Made by a program: the position numbers and the translations under genes
The notes under the pieces: generated by a model
What the model saw: the letters and a program-made list of their open reading frames with translations, nothing else
Told to the model about the DNA's origin: nothing
Databases searched by the model: none
Shown here: piece after piece, positions 1-9,113 of the stretch
How the letters are laid out: each line of letters starts with the position of its first letter
Numbering within the stretch: position 1 is the first letter of the stretch
Source of the DNA: Candidatus Allofournierella excrementigallinarum
Lineage (GTDB): Bacteria > Bacillota > Clostridia > Oscillospirales > Ruminococcaceae
Direction: 5' to 3'
Length of the DNA: 64,000 nt
Assembly: GCA_019119025.1 (NCBI GenBank)
Contig: DWXV01000039.1
Coordinates: forward strand, 11,051 to 75,050

Positions 1-307
1 GCGTCGCAGTTCCAGTGGAAGATGACCGTGTCGCCGTTGGAAAGGCCCTCCGCCTTGTCCAGGCTGCCGTCCACGCAGGCGGCAAGGCCCGCCGCGTCCT
101 TCACATCTTCGCCGCAGGCGGCGGCGAAGCCCTCGCTGTCAAAATTCCAGCCGGCCGTGCCCTCGCCGCTCATGCCGGTGAACTCCACCGACAGATAGGG
201 CGCCGGGTCCACCGTTACCGGCTTTGCGCCGCAGCCGGCCAGCGCCAGGGCCAGAGCCATTGCCAACGCGGCCAATCCAATCCGTTTTTTGCTTGTTGCA
301 AAACGCA
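1..307 (-). CDS. putative lipoprotein, N-terminal part (gene runs off the window start)
   Basis: rc ATG at 305-307. Translation is MRFATSKKRIGLAALAMALALALAGCGAKPVTVDP..., a signal peptide with lipobox LAGC. Absent from the ORF track because no stop lies in the window. Confidence 0.5.
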
Positions 308-378
308 TCGTATCACTCTCCTTTTCTCCATGAACGCCCGCCGCGGGGCCTGCCCTGTTCCGGCAGGCCCCGCGGCGG

Positions 379-408
379 AGTATACTATCATTATATCACG
401 GCTTGCAA
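379..408 (-). promoter_or_regulatory. candidate sigma-A type promoter for the lipoprotein gene
   Basis: Minus strand TTGCAA (403-408), 18 nt spacer, TATACT (379-384), about 70 nt upstream of the ATG at 307. Confidence 0.3.
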
Positions 409-421
409 GAGGGCCCGGCGC

Positions 422-1681
422 TCACTCGTAGCGCAGCGCGTCGATGGGGTCCAGCTTGGCGGCCTTGTTCGCCGGGTAATAGCCGAAGAACACGCCGATG
501 GCCATGGAGAAGCCCACTGCGACGAGGACGGCGGAAAGGCTGGGTTTTACGGCGTAGCCCAGCAGGGACGCGCCCACGCTGCCCAAAGCCACGCCCAGGG
601 CCACCCCCAGCGCGCCGCCCACCAGGCAGATGACCACCGCCTCGGTGATGAACTGGAGACGGATGTCGCTGCGGCGGGCGCCCAGGGCCTTGCGTGTGCC
701 GATCTCCCGGGTGCGCTCGGTGATGCTGACCAGCATGATGTTCATCACGCCGATGCCGCCCACCAGAAGGCTGATGGCCGCGATGGCGCTGATGGCCAGC
801 TTGACGGTGTCCAGCATGCTGGTCATCTCCTCGACAAGGCTCTCCATGCTGGTGGCGGTCACCGTCCAGCTCTCGTTGCGGGTGTAGAAGCTGGAAAAGA
901 AGGCCTCGGTCTCGTCCAGAAAGGCGGCGGTGTCGGCGCCGGAGGCGGCCACCACCGCGAAGCTCTGGTAGCCCTTGTCCGCTTCGCCCAGCTTCTGGGC
1001 CGCCGCCAGCGGGATGTACATCTCGGTGACCGGGTCCTCGCCGGTCATGCTGAAGTAGCCGCTGTCGTCGTATTCATAAACGCCCGCCACATAGAAGGTG
1101 AGCAGCTTTTCGCCCACGGCGGCCTGAAAGCTTTTGCCCAGCACCGAAGCGTCGGCGCGGCCGAACAGGCTCTCGCAGGCAAGATCGCTGACCACCGCCA
1201 GCTGGCGCTCGCCGTCGGAGTCCTTGACGAAGCGCCCGCAGAGCAGCTCCAGCTCGTTGGCGTCGGCGTACTGGGCGTTGACGCCGGTCACCTGCACCGA
1301 AGCGGTGTCCTCGCCGCCGCCCACCGTGCCGGTGCCCAGGGCGCTCTCCAGGGAGATGGCGTAGATGCTGCCGGCGTAGGCGGCCTGGTATTCCTCCAGC
1401 ATGGCGTCGGTGATGAGGTCCTCCTCGGAGGGCCGGGCCATGCTGAACATGCGCACCGCCCCGCCGCCGGAGTCGCTCTCGCTCTTCTGCTGCAGGCTGA
1501 CGGTGATGTTGCCCACGCCGAAGCTCTGGAGGCTGTCGGTGAGGGAGCCGGAGAGGGAGTCGCCCACCGTGACGATGGCGATGACCGAGCCGATGCCGAT
1601 GATGATGCCCAGCATGGTGAGCAGGGCGCGCATCTTGCCCGCCCAGAGGCTGGCGAAGGCCATGCGGATGTTGTCAAGCAC
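422..1681 (-). CDS. ABC transporter permease, MacB/FtsX type
   Basis: N-terminal TM (ALLTMLGIIIGIGSVIAIV), a large extracytoplasmic domain and a C-terminal FtsX-like 3-TM bundle (ISLLVGGIGVMNIMLVSITERTREIGTRKALGA). Start moved to GTG 1681, which overlaps the upstream stop (GTGCTTGA). Confidence 0.85.
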   Translation of the reverse strand: MLDNIRMAFASLWAGKMRALLTMLGIIIGIGSVIAIVTVGDSLSGSLTDSLQSFGVGNITVSLQQKSESDSGGGAVRMFSMARPSEEDLITDAMLEEYQAAYAGSIYAISLESALGTGTVGGGEDTASVQVTGVNAQYADANELELLCGRFVKDSDGERQLAVVSDLACESLFGRADASVLGKSFQAAVGEKLLTFYVAGVYEYDDSGYFSMTGEDPVTEMYIPLAAAQKLGEADKGYQSFAVVAASGADTAAFLDETEAFFSSFYTRNESWTVTATSMESLVEEMTSMLDTVKLAISAIAAISLLVGGIGVMNIMLVSITERTREIGTRKALGARRSDIRLQFITEAVVICLVGGALGVALGVALGSVGASLLGYAVKPSLSAVLVAVGFSMAIGVFFGYYPANKAAKLDPIDALRYE

Positions 1682-2378
1682 TGCGGCCCGCCCCCTTCCG
1701 CTCGCCGATGATGCGCCCGTCCTGCAGCGTGAGGATGCGCTGGCACTCCTGGGCAAGCTGCTGGCTGTGGGTGATGAGCACGATGGTCATGCCCTGACGG
1801 TGCAATTCGTGGAAGATGTCCATGACGGTGCGGCTGGTGGCGGAGTCCAGCGCGCCGGTGGGTTCGTCCGCCAGAAGCAGGGCCGGTTCGTTCGCCAGCG
1901 CCCGGGCGATGGCCACCCTCTGCTTCTGCCCGCCGGACAGTTCGTTCGGCTCGTGGCCGGCCCGCTCGCTCATGCCCACCTGGGCCAGCAGCTCCTTTGC
2001 CCGCTTTGCCCGCTGGCGGGCGGGCGCCCGGGCATAGAGCATGGGCAGCTCCACATTTTTCTGGGCGCTGGTGCGCCCGATGAGATTGAAGGTCTGGAAC
2101 ACGAAACCGATCTTGCGGTTGCGGATGGCGGACAGCTCGCTGTCTTTGGCTTTGCCCACGTCCACCCCGTCCAGGGTGTAGCTGCCCTCGGTGGGGCGGT
2201 CCAGCACGCCGATGATGTTCATCAGGGTGGATTTGCCGCTGCCGCTCTCGCCCACGATGGCCACGAACTCGCCGGGCCAGACCGCAAGGTCGATGCCGTG
2301 GAGGATCTCCAATTCATTGGGCTTGCCGATGTAATAGCGTTTGACGATGCCGCGCATTTCGATGATTGGCTGTTGCAT
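1674..2378 (-). CDS. ABC transporter ATP-binding protein (MacB/LolD-like)
   Basis: Walker A GESGSGKST, signature LSGGQKQRVAIARAL, Walker B LLLADEPT. Confidence 0.92.
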   Translation of the reverse strand: MQQPIIEMRGIVKRYYIGKPNELEILHGIDLAVWPGEFVAIVGESGSGKSTLMNIIGVLDRPTEGSYTLDGVDVGKAKDSELSAIRNRKIGFVFQTFNLIGRTSAQKNVELPMLYARAPARQRAKRAKELLAQVGMSERAGHEPNELSGGQKQRVAIARALANEPALLLADEPTGALDSATSRTVMDIFHELHRQGMTIVLITHSQQLAQECQRILTLQDGRIIGERKGAGRSA

Positions 2379-2383
2379 CCCCG

Positions 2384-4132
2384 TCAGCCTCCCATCCCGG
2401 GCCGGCCGCCGCCCATGTTGCCGCCGCCGGAGGGCATGGCCGCGCCGCCGTCCGCGGGCGCGGCGATGACCACTTCGCCGCCGCCCATCATCATCATGTC
2501 GGAAGAACCGCCCACCTCTTCGGTGGCTTCCTCCGGGTCGGCGGAGGCCCGCACGATCATGCCCTCTTCCAGGTCCGCACCGCTGACTTCGGCGTAGTAG
2601 TCGTTGGAGGCGCCCACCGTCACCTGCACCTGTTCAAAGACGGGCTCGCCGTCTTCCTCGCCGGTGCGCACATAGATAACGGAGGCGCCGTCCTCTTGTT
2701 CCTCGATGGCGTCCAGCGGCACGGTGAACACGTCCTCGGTGGTGGACTGGATGATCTGCACCTTGGCGTTGGTGCCGATGAGCAGGCCGCTGTTTTCGTC
2801 ATCCACCGTCACCTCGGCGGAGAAGGTGCTGGAGGAGGAGCCGCCGCCGGAGGCGGTGGGCGAGATCTGGGTGAGGGTGCCGCTGATCTCGCCGTCGATC
2901 ACGTCGCTGGTGATGACGGCGCGCATGCCCTCGCTGACGCTGCCGATGTCGTACTCGGCGATGGTGATGGAGATCTTCAGGCTGTCGGTGTCCTGGATGG
3001 TGGCGGCGGCGCCGTCGACGGCGCTGCCCACCGTGGCGTTCACCGCTGTGACCTTGCCGGAAGTCTCGGCCTTCAGGGTGCATTTTTCCAGCTGGGACTG
3101 GAGGTCCTCCAGCTCGTCGCTCTCGCCGGCTTTGTTGTAGCTTTCCAGGGCGGTGTCCCGGCTTTCCTCGGCGGTCTCGCTGGTCTTGACGGCGTTCTCG
3201 TAGGTGGTCTTGGCCTGCTCGTAGACGGTCTGGGCCTGGGTGTAGGCGCTGGAGAGGGATGTGTAGCTCGAAGCGGACTGGGCCGCCTGCAGGTTGGCCT
3301 CAGCGGTCTTGAGGGCCTGCTCGGCGGCCTGGTACTCGCTGTTTGCCGCCACCAGCGCGGCCTTGGCCGCCTCCTGCTCCGCCGTCAGGGCAAAGGCGGC
3401 CGCCTGCTCCCCGCCGCTGGGGTCGCCGGGGGCAGGTTCCGCCGTGGGGGCGGGCGGGTCCACTGGGTCGCCGTTCGCGTCCACCGAGCCGCCCAGCGCC
3501 TGCCACGCGGCGAGGGCGCTTTGGCGGGCGTTCAGCTTGGCGAGCAGGTCGGCGTTGGCGGCGTCCACCTCGGCCTGGTAGCCGCTCACTGCGGCGGCGG
3601 CGGTCTCATAGGCGCTTTTGGCGGATTCCCGCTCGTCTTCGGCCTCCTTCATGTCGTCGTAGGTGCTTTTGACGTTCTCCTCCGCCTCGGTGAGGCTGGC
3701 CTGGGCCTTTTCATACTGTGTCTGGGCGGTGGCCTTGGTGTCGGCCAGGCTCTCCTGCAGCTTCTGGATGCTCTCTTCCAGTTCGGAGGTGTCCAGGGTG
3801 CAGATGACGTCCCCCGCCTCCACCGAGTCGCCCACCTGCACGTCCACTGTCTTCACGGTGTATTTCAGGTCGGTGGTCACGTTGGACACCTCGCTGCTCT
3901 GCACCGTGCCGGTGGCGCTGATGGAGTCCTCCAGGGTGCCTTTCTGCAGGGTGACGGTGCGCACGTAGCTGCCGCCCACGGCGGGCAGGTTCGCCGGGCG
4001 GGCAAAGCGCCCGCGCAGGAAAAGAGCGGCGGCCGCAGCGGCTGCCGCCAGCAGCGCCAGCGCGACGACCGCTTTTTTGTGCCGGCCGGCAAAGGCCGCC
4101 GCGCCCGCGCAGGCAGTTTTGATCTTGCTCAT
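2384..4132 (-). CDS. efflux membrane-fusion (HlyD/MacA-like periplasmic adaptor) protein with extended coiled coil
   Basis: N-terminal TM, lipoyl-like motif (VDVQVGDSVEAGDVICTLD), about 250 aa of Ala/Glu/Gln-rich coiled coil, beta-barrel region. Lies 5 nt upstream of the ATPase gene. Confidence 0.8.
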   Translation of the reverse strand: MSKIKTACAGAAAFAGRHKKAVVALALLAAAAAAAALFLRGRFARPANLPAVGGSYVRTVTLQKGTLEDSISATGTVQSSEVSNVTTDLKYTVKTVDVQVGDSVEAGDVICTLDTSELEESIQKLQESLADTKATAQTQYEKAQASLTEAEENVKSTYDDMKEAEDERESAKSAYETAAAAVSGYQAEVDAANADLLAKLNARQSALAAWQALGGSVDANGDPVDPPAPTAEPAPGDPSGGEQAAAFALTAEQEAAKAALVAANSEYQAAEQALKTAEANLQAAQSASSYTSLSSAYTQAQTVYEQAKTTYENAVKTSETAEESRDTALESYNKAGESDELEDLQSQLEKCTLKAETSGKVTAVNATVGSAVDGAAATIQDTDSLKISITIAEYDIGSVSEGMRAVITSDVIDGEISGTLTQISPTASGGGSSSSTFSAEVTVDDENSGLLIGTNAKVQIIQSTTEDVFTVPLDAIEEQEDGASVIYVRTGEEDGEPVFEQVQVTVGASNDYYAEVSGADLEEGMIVRASADPEEATEEVGGSSDMMMMGGGEVVIAAPADGGAAMPSGGGNMGGGRPGMGG

Positions 4133-4249
4133 AAAACAATTCCCCCATTGTTCCTTGTCTTCGCCCGGGCTGGGCGAATGCTACGGTGTATTTTACGGGG
4201 GGATTGTGAAATCAGCCGGAAAGAACGGTGAAAATTTTGTGGAGTGCAC

Positions 4250-4288
4250 AAAAAGGCGCGCCTCCGTTTGATGAGGCGCACCTTTTTG
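4250..4288 (-). terminator. rho-independent terminator after the carboxypeptidase gene (also hairpin+T-run on plus strand)
   Basis: Stem GGCGCGCCTC/GAGGCGCACC (one G-U pair) flanked by an A-run and a T-run, 10 nt beyond the stop at 4298. Confidence 0.6.
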
Positions 4289-4297
4289 CTCCTGCGT

Positions 4298-5629
4298 TTA
4301 TCTCCGGACGGAGGCGGGCCGTTTGCGCCGCTTCGCGCCACGCGCCGCCCAGAAGAGCAGCAGCGCCGCCAGCGCCGCCGCCGCGATGAGGGCGGGGGCA
4401 AAGGGGGCCAGCTGTTCCTTATAATAGAGCCAGGCGCTGCGCTGGCAGGCGCCGGCGGTGACCAGTTCCACCGTGCCCACCGCTTCGCCGTCCACATAGA
4501 CCACGGCCCGGCCCGCCGTCTGCCCGGCTTGCACCGGGGCCTCCAGCGTCTCGGGCAGGCCCTCGGCCACCACTTCCACGGTGCTGTCCGCGCATTGCAG
4601 GGTGGTGAGGGTGGAGGCGGCGTAGAGGCCCACCGTTTCGGCCTCGGCGCACCACTTCACCGGCACGCTGGCCACGGGGGTCTCGGTGTTTGGCAGGGCC
4701 ACCGGCCAGAAGTTCACCAGCGCCCAGTCGTAGAGGCCGGCGGTGGTGTGGAAGGCCCAGTTGAAGCCGTCCTGGGCCAGCTGGACGGGCGCGCCCATCA
4801 CCACCAGCAGCCAGGTCATGCCGCCGCTTTCGGCGCTGGAAACGAAGCACCGGCCCGCCTCGTCGGTGAAGCCGGTCTTGATGCCCCGGATGTAGGGGCG
4901 GTAGAGCGCCTGGTCCGGCAGCTGCATCACGTTGGTGGTGGTGATGTAGTAGGCCGCGCCCGCGGGTGCGCCGGCGCTCTCGGCCTCAGGGTGCATGTTG
5001 GTGAGGGGCATCCAGTAGCCGGTCTGGGTGACCACCTCCATCAGCAGGTCGTTCTCCCGGAAGGCCTTTCCGATGAGGAACATGTCCCAGGCGGTGGAGT
5101 GGTTGCCATATTCCAGGCCGTAGAGGCCGTGGGCGCAGGTAAAGCTGGTGTTTTCGCACCCGAGCTGGGCGGCCCGGGCGTTCATCCTGTCAAAGAAGGC
5201 CTGCATGTCCCCATTGCCCAGGTAATAGGCGATGGCGCTGGCGGCGTCGTTGCCGCTGGGCAGAAGGCAGGCGTAGAGCAGGCTTTCCAGCGTCACCGTC
5301 TCGCCTATTTTCAGGTCTGCGTCCGAGCCGTTCTCCGCCTGGATGCGGTCGAACTCCTCCCGCAGCTCCTCGGGGATGGTGAAGGCCTGGGAAAGGTCCT
5401 CGCCGCTTTCTGCCAGCAGCAGGGCGGTCATCATTTTGGTGAGGCTGGCGGCGGCCCGCACCTGGCGGGAATTCTTCTCGTACACCACCGTGCCGGTGTC
5501 CACATTATAAAGCACCACCGCCTCGGCGTTCACCGCGCCTTCCGGCGCCTCCCACCCGGCGGCGGCGGAAAAGGCCCAGGTGAGCGCCGCCGCAAGAGTG
5601 AGCGCCAGGGCCAGGCATTTTTTCATCAC
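4298..5629 (-). CDS. D-alanyl-D-alanine carboxypeptidase (serine-type, S11 PBP5/6 family)
   Basis: Signal peptide, SxxK (SLTKMM), SxN (PSGND), KTG (IKTGFT), C-terminal TM anchor. Confidence 0.88.
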   Translation of the reverse strand: MMKKCLALALTLAAALTWAFSAAAGWEAPEGAVNAEAVVLYNVDTGTVVYEKNSRQVRAAASLTKMMTALLLAESGEDLSQAFTIPEELREEFDRIQAENGSDADLKIGETVTLESLLYACLLPSGNDAASAIAYYLGNGDMQAFFDRMNARAAQLGCENTSFTCAHGLYGLEYGNHSTAWDMFLIGKAFRENDLLMEVVTQTGYWMPLTNMHPEAESAGAPAGAAYYITTTNVMQLPDQALYRPYIRGIKTGFTDEAGRCFVSSAESGGMTWLLVVMGAPVQLAQDGFNWAFHTTAGLYDWALVNFWPVALPNTETPVASVPVKWCAEAETVGLYAASTLTTLQCADSTVEVVAEGLPETLEAPVQAGQTAGRAVVYVDGEAVGTVELVTAGACQRSAWLYYKEQLAPFAPALIAAAALAALLLFWAARGAKRRKRPASVRR

Positions 5630-5696
5630 GTGCCGTTTCCTCCCGTTTTTTCAGCTTCTTTCATTATACGGGAAGGAAGGCCGCCTTACAACCGGC

Positions 5697-5730
5697 AAAA
5701 AATCCCGCCGCCCAAACGGGCTGGCGGGAA
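5697..5730 (-). terminator. rho-independent terminator after ftsH
   Basis: Minus strand TCCCGCC...GGCGGGA hairpin followed by TTTTTT, directly after the stop at 5736. Confidence 0.65.
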
Positions 5731-5735
5731 TTTTT

Positions 5736-7613
5736 TTATTGTGCGCTTTGCTCGGGCAGGGGCTGGCGGTTCAGAATTTCCATGAATTCCTCGCCGGTGA
5801 TGCTCTCCCGCTCCATCAGGAAGGCGGCCAGCTCGTGGAGCTTGTCGATGTTCTCCTTGAGGATGCCCGTGGCCTTTTCGTGGGCCTCCCTGATGATGGA
5901 AAGCACCTCTTCGTCGATCTTTTCGGCGGTGCCCTCGCTGCAGGCCAGGGTGGCGTCGGCGTTCAGGTACTTGCCGGCGGTGGTCTCCAGGGCCATCATG
6001 TCGAACTGGCGGCTCATGCCCAGGCGGGTGACCATCGACCGGGCAAGGCGGGTGGCCTGCTCGATGTCACCCGACGCACCGGAGGTGCAGCTGCCGAAGA
6101 TGAGTTCCTCGGCGGCCCGGCCGCCGGTGAAGGTGGCGATCTTGTTCAGCGCCTCTTCGCGGCTGAGGAGGTTCGTTTCCTCCTGGGGCACCTGCATGGT
6201 GTAGCCCAGCGCCCCGGAGGTGCGGGGGACGATGGTGATCTTGGTGACGGGGGCGCTTTCGGTCTGTTTGGCGGCCACCAGGGCATGGCCGATCTCGTGG
6301 TAGGCCACGATGCGCTTTTCCTTCTGGCTGAGCACCTTGTTCTTGCGCTGGTAGCCGGCGATCACCGTCTCCACCGCCTCCTCCAGGTCGCTCTGGCGCA
6401 CGATGCGCCGGCCGTTCTTCACCGCCAGCAGCGCCGCCTCGTTGATCATATTGGCCAGCTCCGCGCCGGAGGCGCCGGAGGTGGCCCGGGCGATGGCCAT
6501 GTAGTCCACGTTCTCGTCCATCATCACCTTGCGGGCGTGCACCTTGAGGATGGCCGCGCGGCCTTCCAGGTCCGGCAGCTCCACCGGGATGCGCCGGTCG
6601 AAGCGGCCCGGGCGCAAAAGGGCTTTGTCCAGCGTTTCGGGGCGGTTGGTGGCGGCCAGGATGATGACGCCCTTGGAGCCGTCGAAGCCGTCCATCTCGG
6701 TGAGCAGCTGGTTCAAGGTCTGCTCCCGCTCGTCGTTGCCGCCCATGCCGGCGGCGCCGTCGCGGCTTTTGCCGATGGTGTCGATCTCGTCGATGAACAC
6801 GATGCAGGGGGCCTTCTGGGCCGCCTGGCGGAACAGGTCCCGCACGCGGGCCGCCCCCATGCCCACGAACATCTCCACGAACTCCGAGCCGGAGATGGAG
6901 AAGAAGGGCACATGGGCCTCGCCCGCCACCGCCTTGGCCAGCAGGGTCTTGCCGGTGCCCGGAGGGCCCACCAGCAGCGCGCCCTTGGGCAGGGTGGCGC
7001 CGATGCTGTTGTATTTGCCGGGGTTGTGGAGGAAATCCACGATCTCGGCCAGGGCCTCCTTGGCCTCGTCCTGGCCGGCCACGTCGGCAAAGGTCTTGCC
7101 GGTCTGGGCCTCCACATACACCTTGGCGTTGGACTTGCCGAAGCTCATGGCGTTGGGCCCGCCCATCTTTTTGGACATGTAGCGCATGAGCAGCTGCCCC
7201 GCCGCCACCATGATGATGACCGGCAGCACCACGCCGAACAAAAGGTTCATGGCGGGGGACGCCTGGGTGGGCACCACGCCGCCGTACTGCACGGCGCTGC
7301 CGTCGGGGCCGGTGGCCGCCAGGATGCGGTCCACCCGGTCGGGGTCGTTGACGATGGCGGTCTGGCAGATGCGGTCTCGCCCGTTTTCGTCCTTCATCCG
7401 ATAGGTGATGGTGCCGGCGGTGGAGTCCTCCTCCACGGCCACCACGCTGCCCGCAGACAGGTCGGCCAGGAACTGGTTGTAGGTCACCTCGATCACTGCG
7501 CCCCGCATCATCTGGGGGAAGATGAGCCAGTTGAACACCAGCAGCGCCACCAGCGCGCCGATGCAGTAATAGATCAGCACCTTGTTGGGGTTTTTCGGCC
7601 CGCGCGTCTTCAT
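5736..7613 (-). CDS. ftsH: ATP-dependent zinc metalloprotease FtsH
   Basis: Two N-terminal TMs, Walker [14 protein letters not shown], Walker [12 protein letters not shown] region, zinc motif HEIGHAL. Confidence 0.97.
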   Translation of the reverse strand: MKTRGPKNPNKVLIYYCIGALVALLVFNWLIFPQMMRGAVIEVTYNQFLADLSAGSVVAVEEDSTAGTITYRMKDENGRDRICQTAIVNDPDRVDRILAATGPDGSAVQYGGVVPTQASPAMNLLFGVVLPVIIMVAAGQLLMRYMSKKMGGPNAMSFGKSNAKVYVEAQTGKTFADVAGQDEAKEALAEIVDFLHNPGKYNSIGATLPKGALLVGPPGTGKTLLAKAVAGEAHVPFFSISGSEFVEMFVGMGAARVRDLFRQAAQKAPCIVFIDEIDTIGKSRDGAAGMGGNDEREQTLNQLLTEMDGFDGSKGVIILAATNRPETLDKALLRPGRFDRRIPVELPDLEGRAAILKVHARKVMMDENVDYMAIARATSGASGAELANMINEAALLAVKNGRRIVRQSDLEEAVETVIAGYQRKNKVLSQKEKRIVAYHEIGHALVAAKQTESAPVTKITIVPRTSGALGYTMQVPQEETNLLSREEALNKIATFTGGRAAEELIFGSCTSGASGDIEQATRLARSMVTRLGMSRQFDMMALETTAGKYLNADATLACSEGTAEKIDEEVLSIIREAHEKATGILKENIDKLHELAAFLMERESITGEEFMEILNRQPLPEQSAQ

Positions 7614-7728
7614 AAAACACCGCCTTTGTGCTTATTTGGGATGGCGGCTCGCCGCCTTATTTTCATGTTTATAGCATATCCTCTTGATATGAAGAAAATA
7701 TGAACGAAGATAAAATCTTTTTGCGGCG

Positions 7729-7765
7729 CAAAAAAGCGGCCTTCGCCCTCATGGCAAAGGCCGCT
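7729..7765 (-). terminator. rho-independent terminator upstream of the ftsH promoter region
   Basis: Minus strand GCGGCCTTTGCC...GGCGAAGGCCGC hairpin followed by TTTTTT, just after the stop at 7773. Confidence 0.6.
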
Positions 7766-7772
7766 TTGAAGT

Positions 7773-8264
7773 TCATCCCGGCAGGGTGATCTGCCCCAGA
7801 AGGATGCCGCCGGCGTAGTCCTCGAAGAGGATGTCCAGCGTGCTGCTGCCCAGTTCCTCCGGGTCCACCCGCAGCACCATGCTCACCGGGGCGGTGCAGC
7901 CCTGGGGCACCTGGGGCCGCAGGGTATAGGCGGCCTCGCTGTCCCAATCGGAATCGAAGCGGGCGGCCCATTCGTCCCCCTTCTGGGGCACGGCCTCGAA
8001 GGTGTATTCGTCCAGGTCCACCGGGCGCTGGCTGTGGTTGGTCAGCCGGAAGCTGACCAGATAATAGTCGTAAAAGGTCTCGCCCCATTCGGGGGTGTCG
8101 ATGGTCTGCACGCTCATCTGGTCGGTGCTCACGTTCCAGTCGCCGGCGTAGCGGGCGTTGTCCAGCCCGGACATGCCCGCCGCGAAGCGGGCCACCGCGG
8201 CGGCCAGGGCCAGGGCGGCCAGGGCCCACATGAGCAGGCCGGGACGGCTGTTCTGCCGGTTCAT
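7773..8264 (-). CDS. hypothetical membrane-anchored protein (extracytoplasmic beta-rich domain)
   Basis: N-terminal TM (LLMWALAALALAAAVA). ATGA start/stop overlap with the upstream gene at 8261-8264. No catalytic motif recognised. Confidence 0.6.
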   Translation of the reverse strand: MNRQNSRPGLLMWALAALALAAAVARFAAGMSGLDNARYAGDWNVSTDQMSVQTIDTPEWGETFYDYYLVSFRLTNHSQRPVDLDEYTFEAVPQKGDEWAARFDSDWDSEAAYTLRPQVPQGCTAPVSMVLRVDPEELGSSTLDILFEDYAGGILLGQITLPG

Positions 8265-9034
8265 TCGACGCTCACGCTCCCTTCCGTCACAGTCAGGTCA
8301 ATGCCCGTCATGGCCGCTTCGCTGATGTTATAGTCCCGGTCAAGGGTCTGGCACTGGAGCCACAAAGTGTGCCCCGCCGCACCCTCCGGCACCAGGAAGT
8401 AAAGCCAGCCCTCGTCCATGGAAACGCTCTGGAAGGCGTAGGGGTCCAGCGCCTCGGCGGCCAGCTCGGGGTAGAACTGTTCCAGGTCGTAGGTCTGGAT
8501 GGCGGGATAGTAAACGTCCCCCGCCTGCAAAAATGTGTCGGCGGCCCAGTCGGAACGGTAGTCCTGCTCCTTATCCACCTCGCACCAGACGCGCAGCACC
8601 TCGGCGCCTTCCTCCGTGCCGCGGATGGAGCCCAGCCGCTGGGCCTGGCCCACCAGCACCTGCCGCCCGGCGGGGCCGAAGGCGAAGGCCTCGTTCTGGG
8701 CGGCGCTTTCCGCCGCGGCCTGGGGCACATACGCCGCCTGGGCCTGCCCTGCCCTGGCGGCCCGGGCCGCCAGCGGAAAAACCGCGCATTCCACCGCGAA
8801 CACCGCCAAAAACAGGATGAACAGCGCGAGGGCGGCCCGGCTGACCCGCCGCCGCACCGGCGCGGGCGGGGCCCACAGCTCCGGGTCCGCATCGCACCGT
8901 GGCTCCGCCTCTTCCTCCGCCTGGGGCGCAAAGGCCTCCGGCGGGGCCTCGTTGTAGCGCCCGCAATGAGGGCAGATGCCATTGTTCACCGCGGGGTCAT
9001 AGCGAAGCCCGCAGTTGGAACAAAGAATCTTCAT
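8261..9034 (-). CDS. zinc-ribbon membrane protein, function unknown
   Basis: N-terminal CxxC...CxxC (CSNCGLRYDPAVNNGICPHCG), one TM (ALALFILFLAVFAVECAVF), extracytoplasmic domain. Confidence 0.6.
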   Translation of the reverse strand: MKILCSNCGLRYDPAVNNGICPHCGRYNEAPPEAFAPQAEEEAEPRCDADPELWAPPAPVRRRVSRAALALFILFLAVFAVECAVFPLAARAARAGQAQAAYVPQAAAESAAQNEAFAFGPAGRQVLVGQAQRLGSIRGTEEGAEVLRVWCEVDKEQDYRSDWAADTFLQAGDVYYPAIQTYDLEQFYPELAAEALDPYAFQSVSMDEGWLYFLVPEGAAGHTLWLQCQTLDRDYNISEAAMTGIDLTVTEGSVSVE

Positions 9035-9113
9035 CGCCGTATCCTCCCCTTTTCACAGCGCCCCGTCCGCCAAGGGGCGTTTTTTTCTATTATATCGCCC
9101 GGAAGGCGGTTTT

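Noticed and set aside
224-1711. 495-aa plus-strand ORF, with similar cases at 2366-4231 and 5580-7703
   Set aside because: Antisense to the MacB permease, the MFP and ftsH respectively; all are low-complexity.
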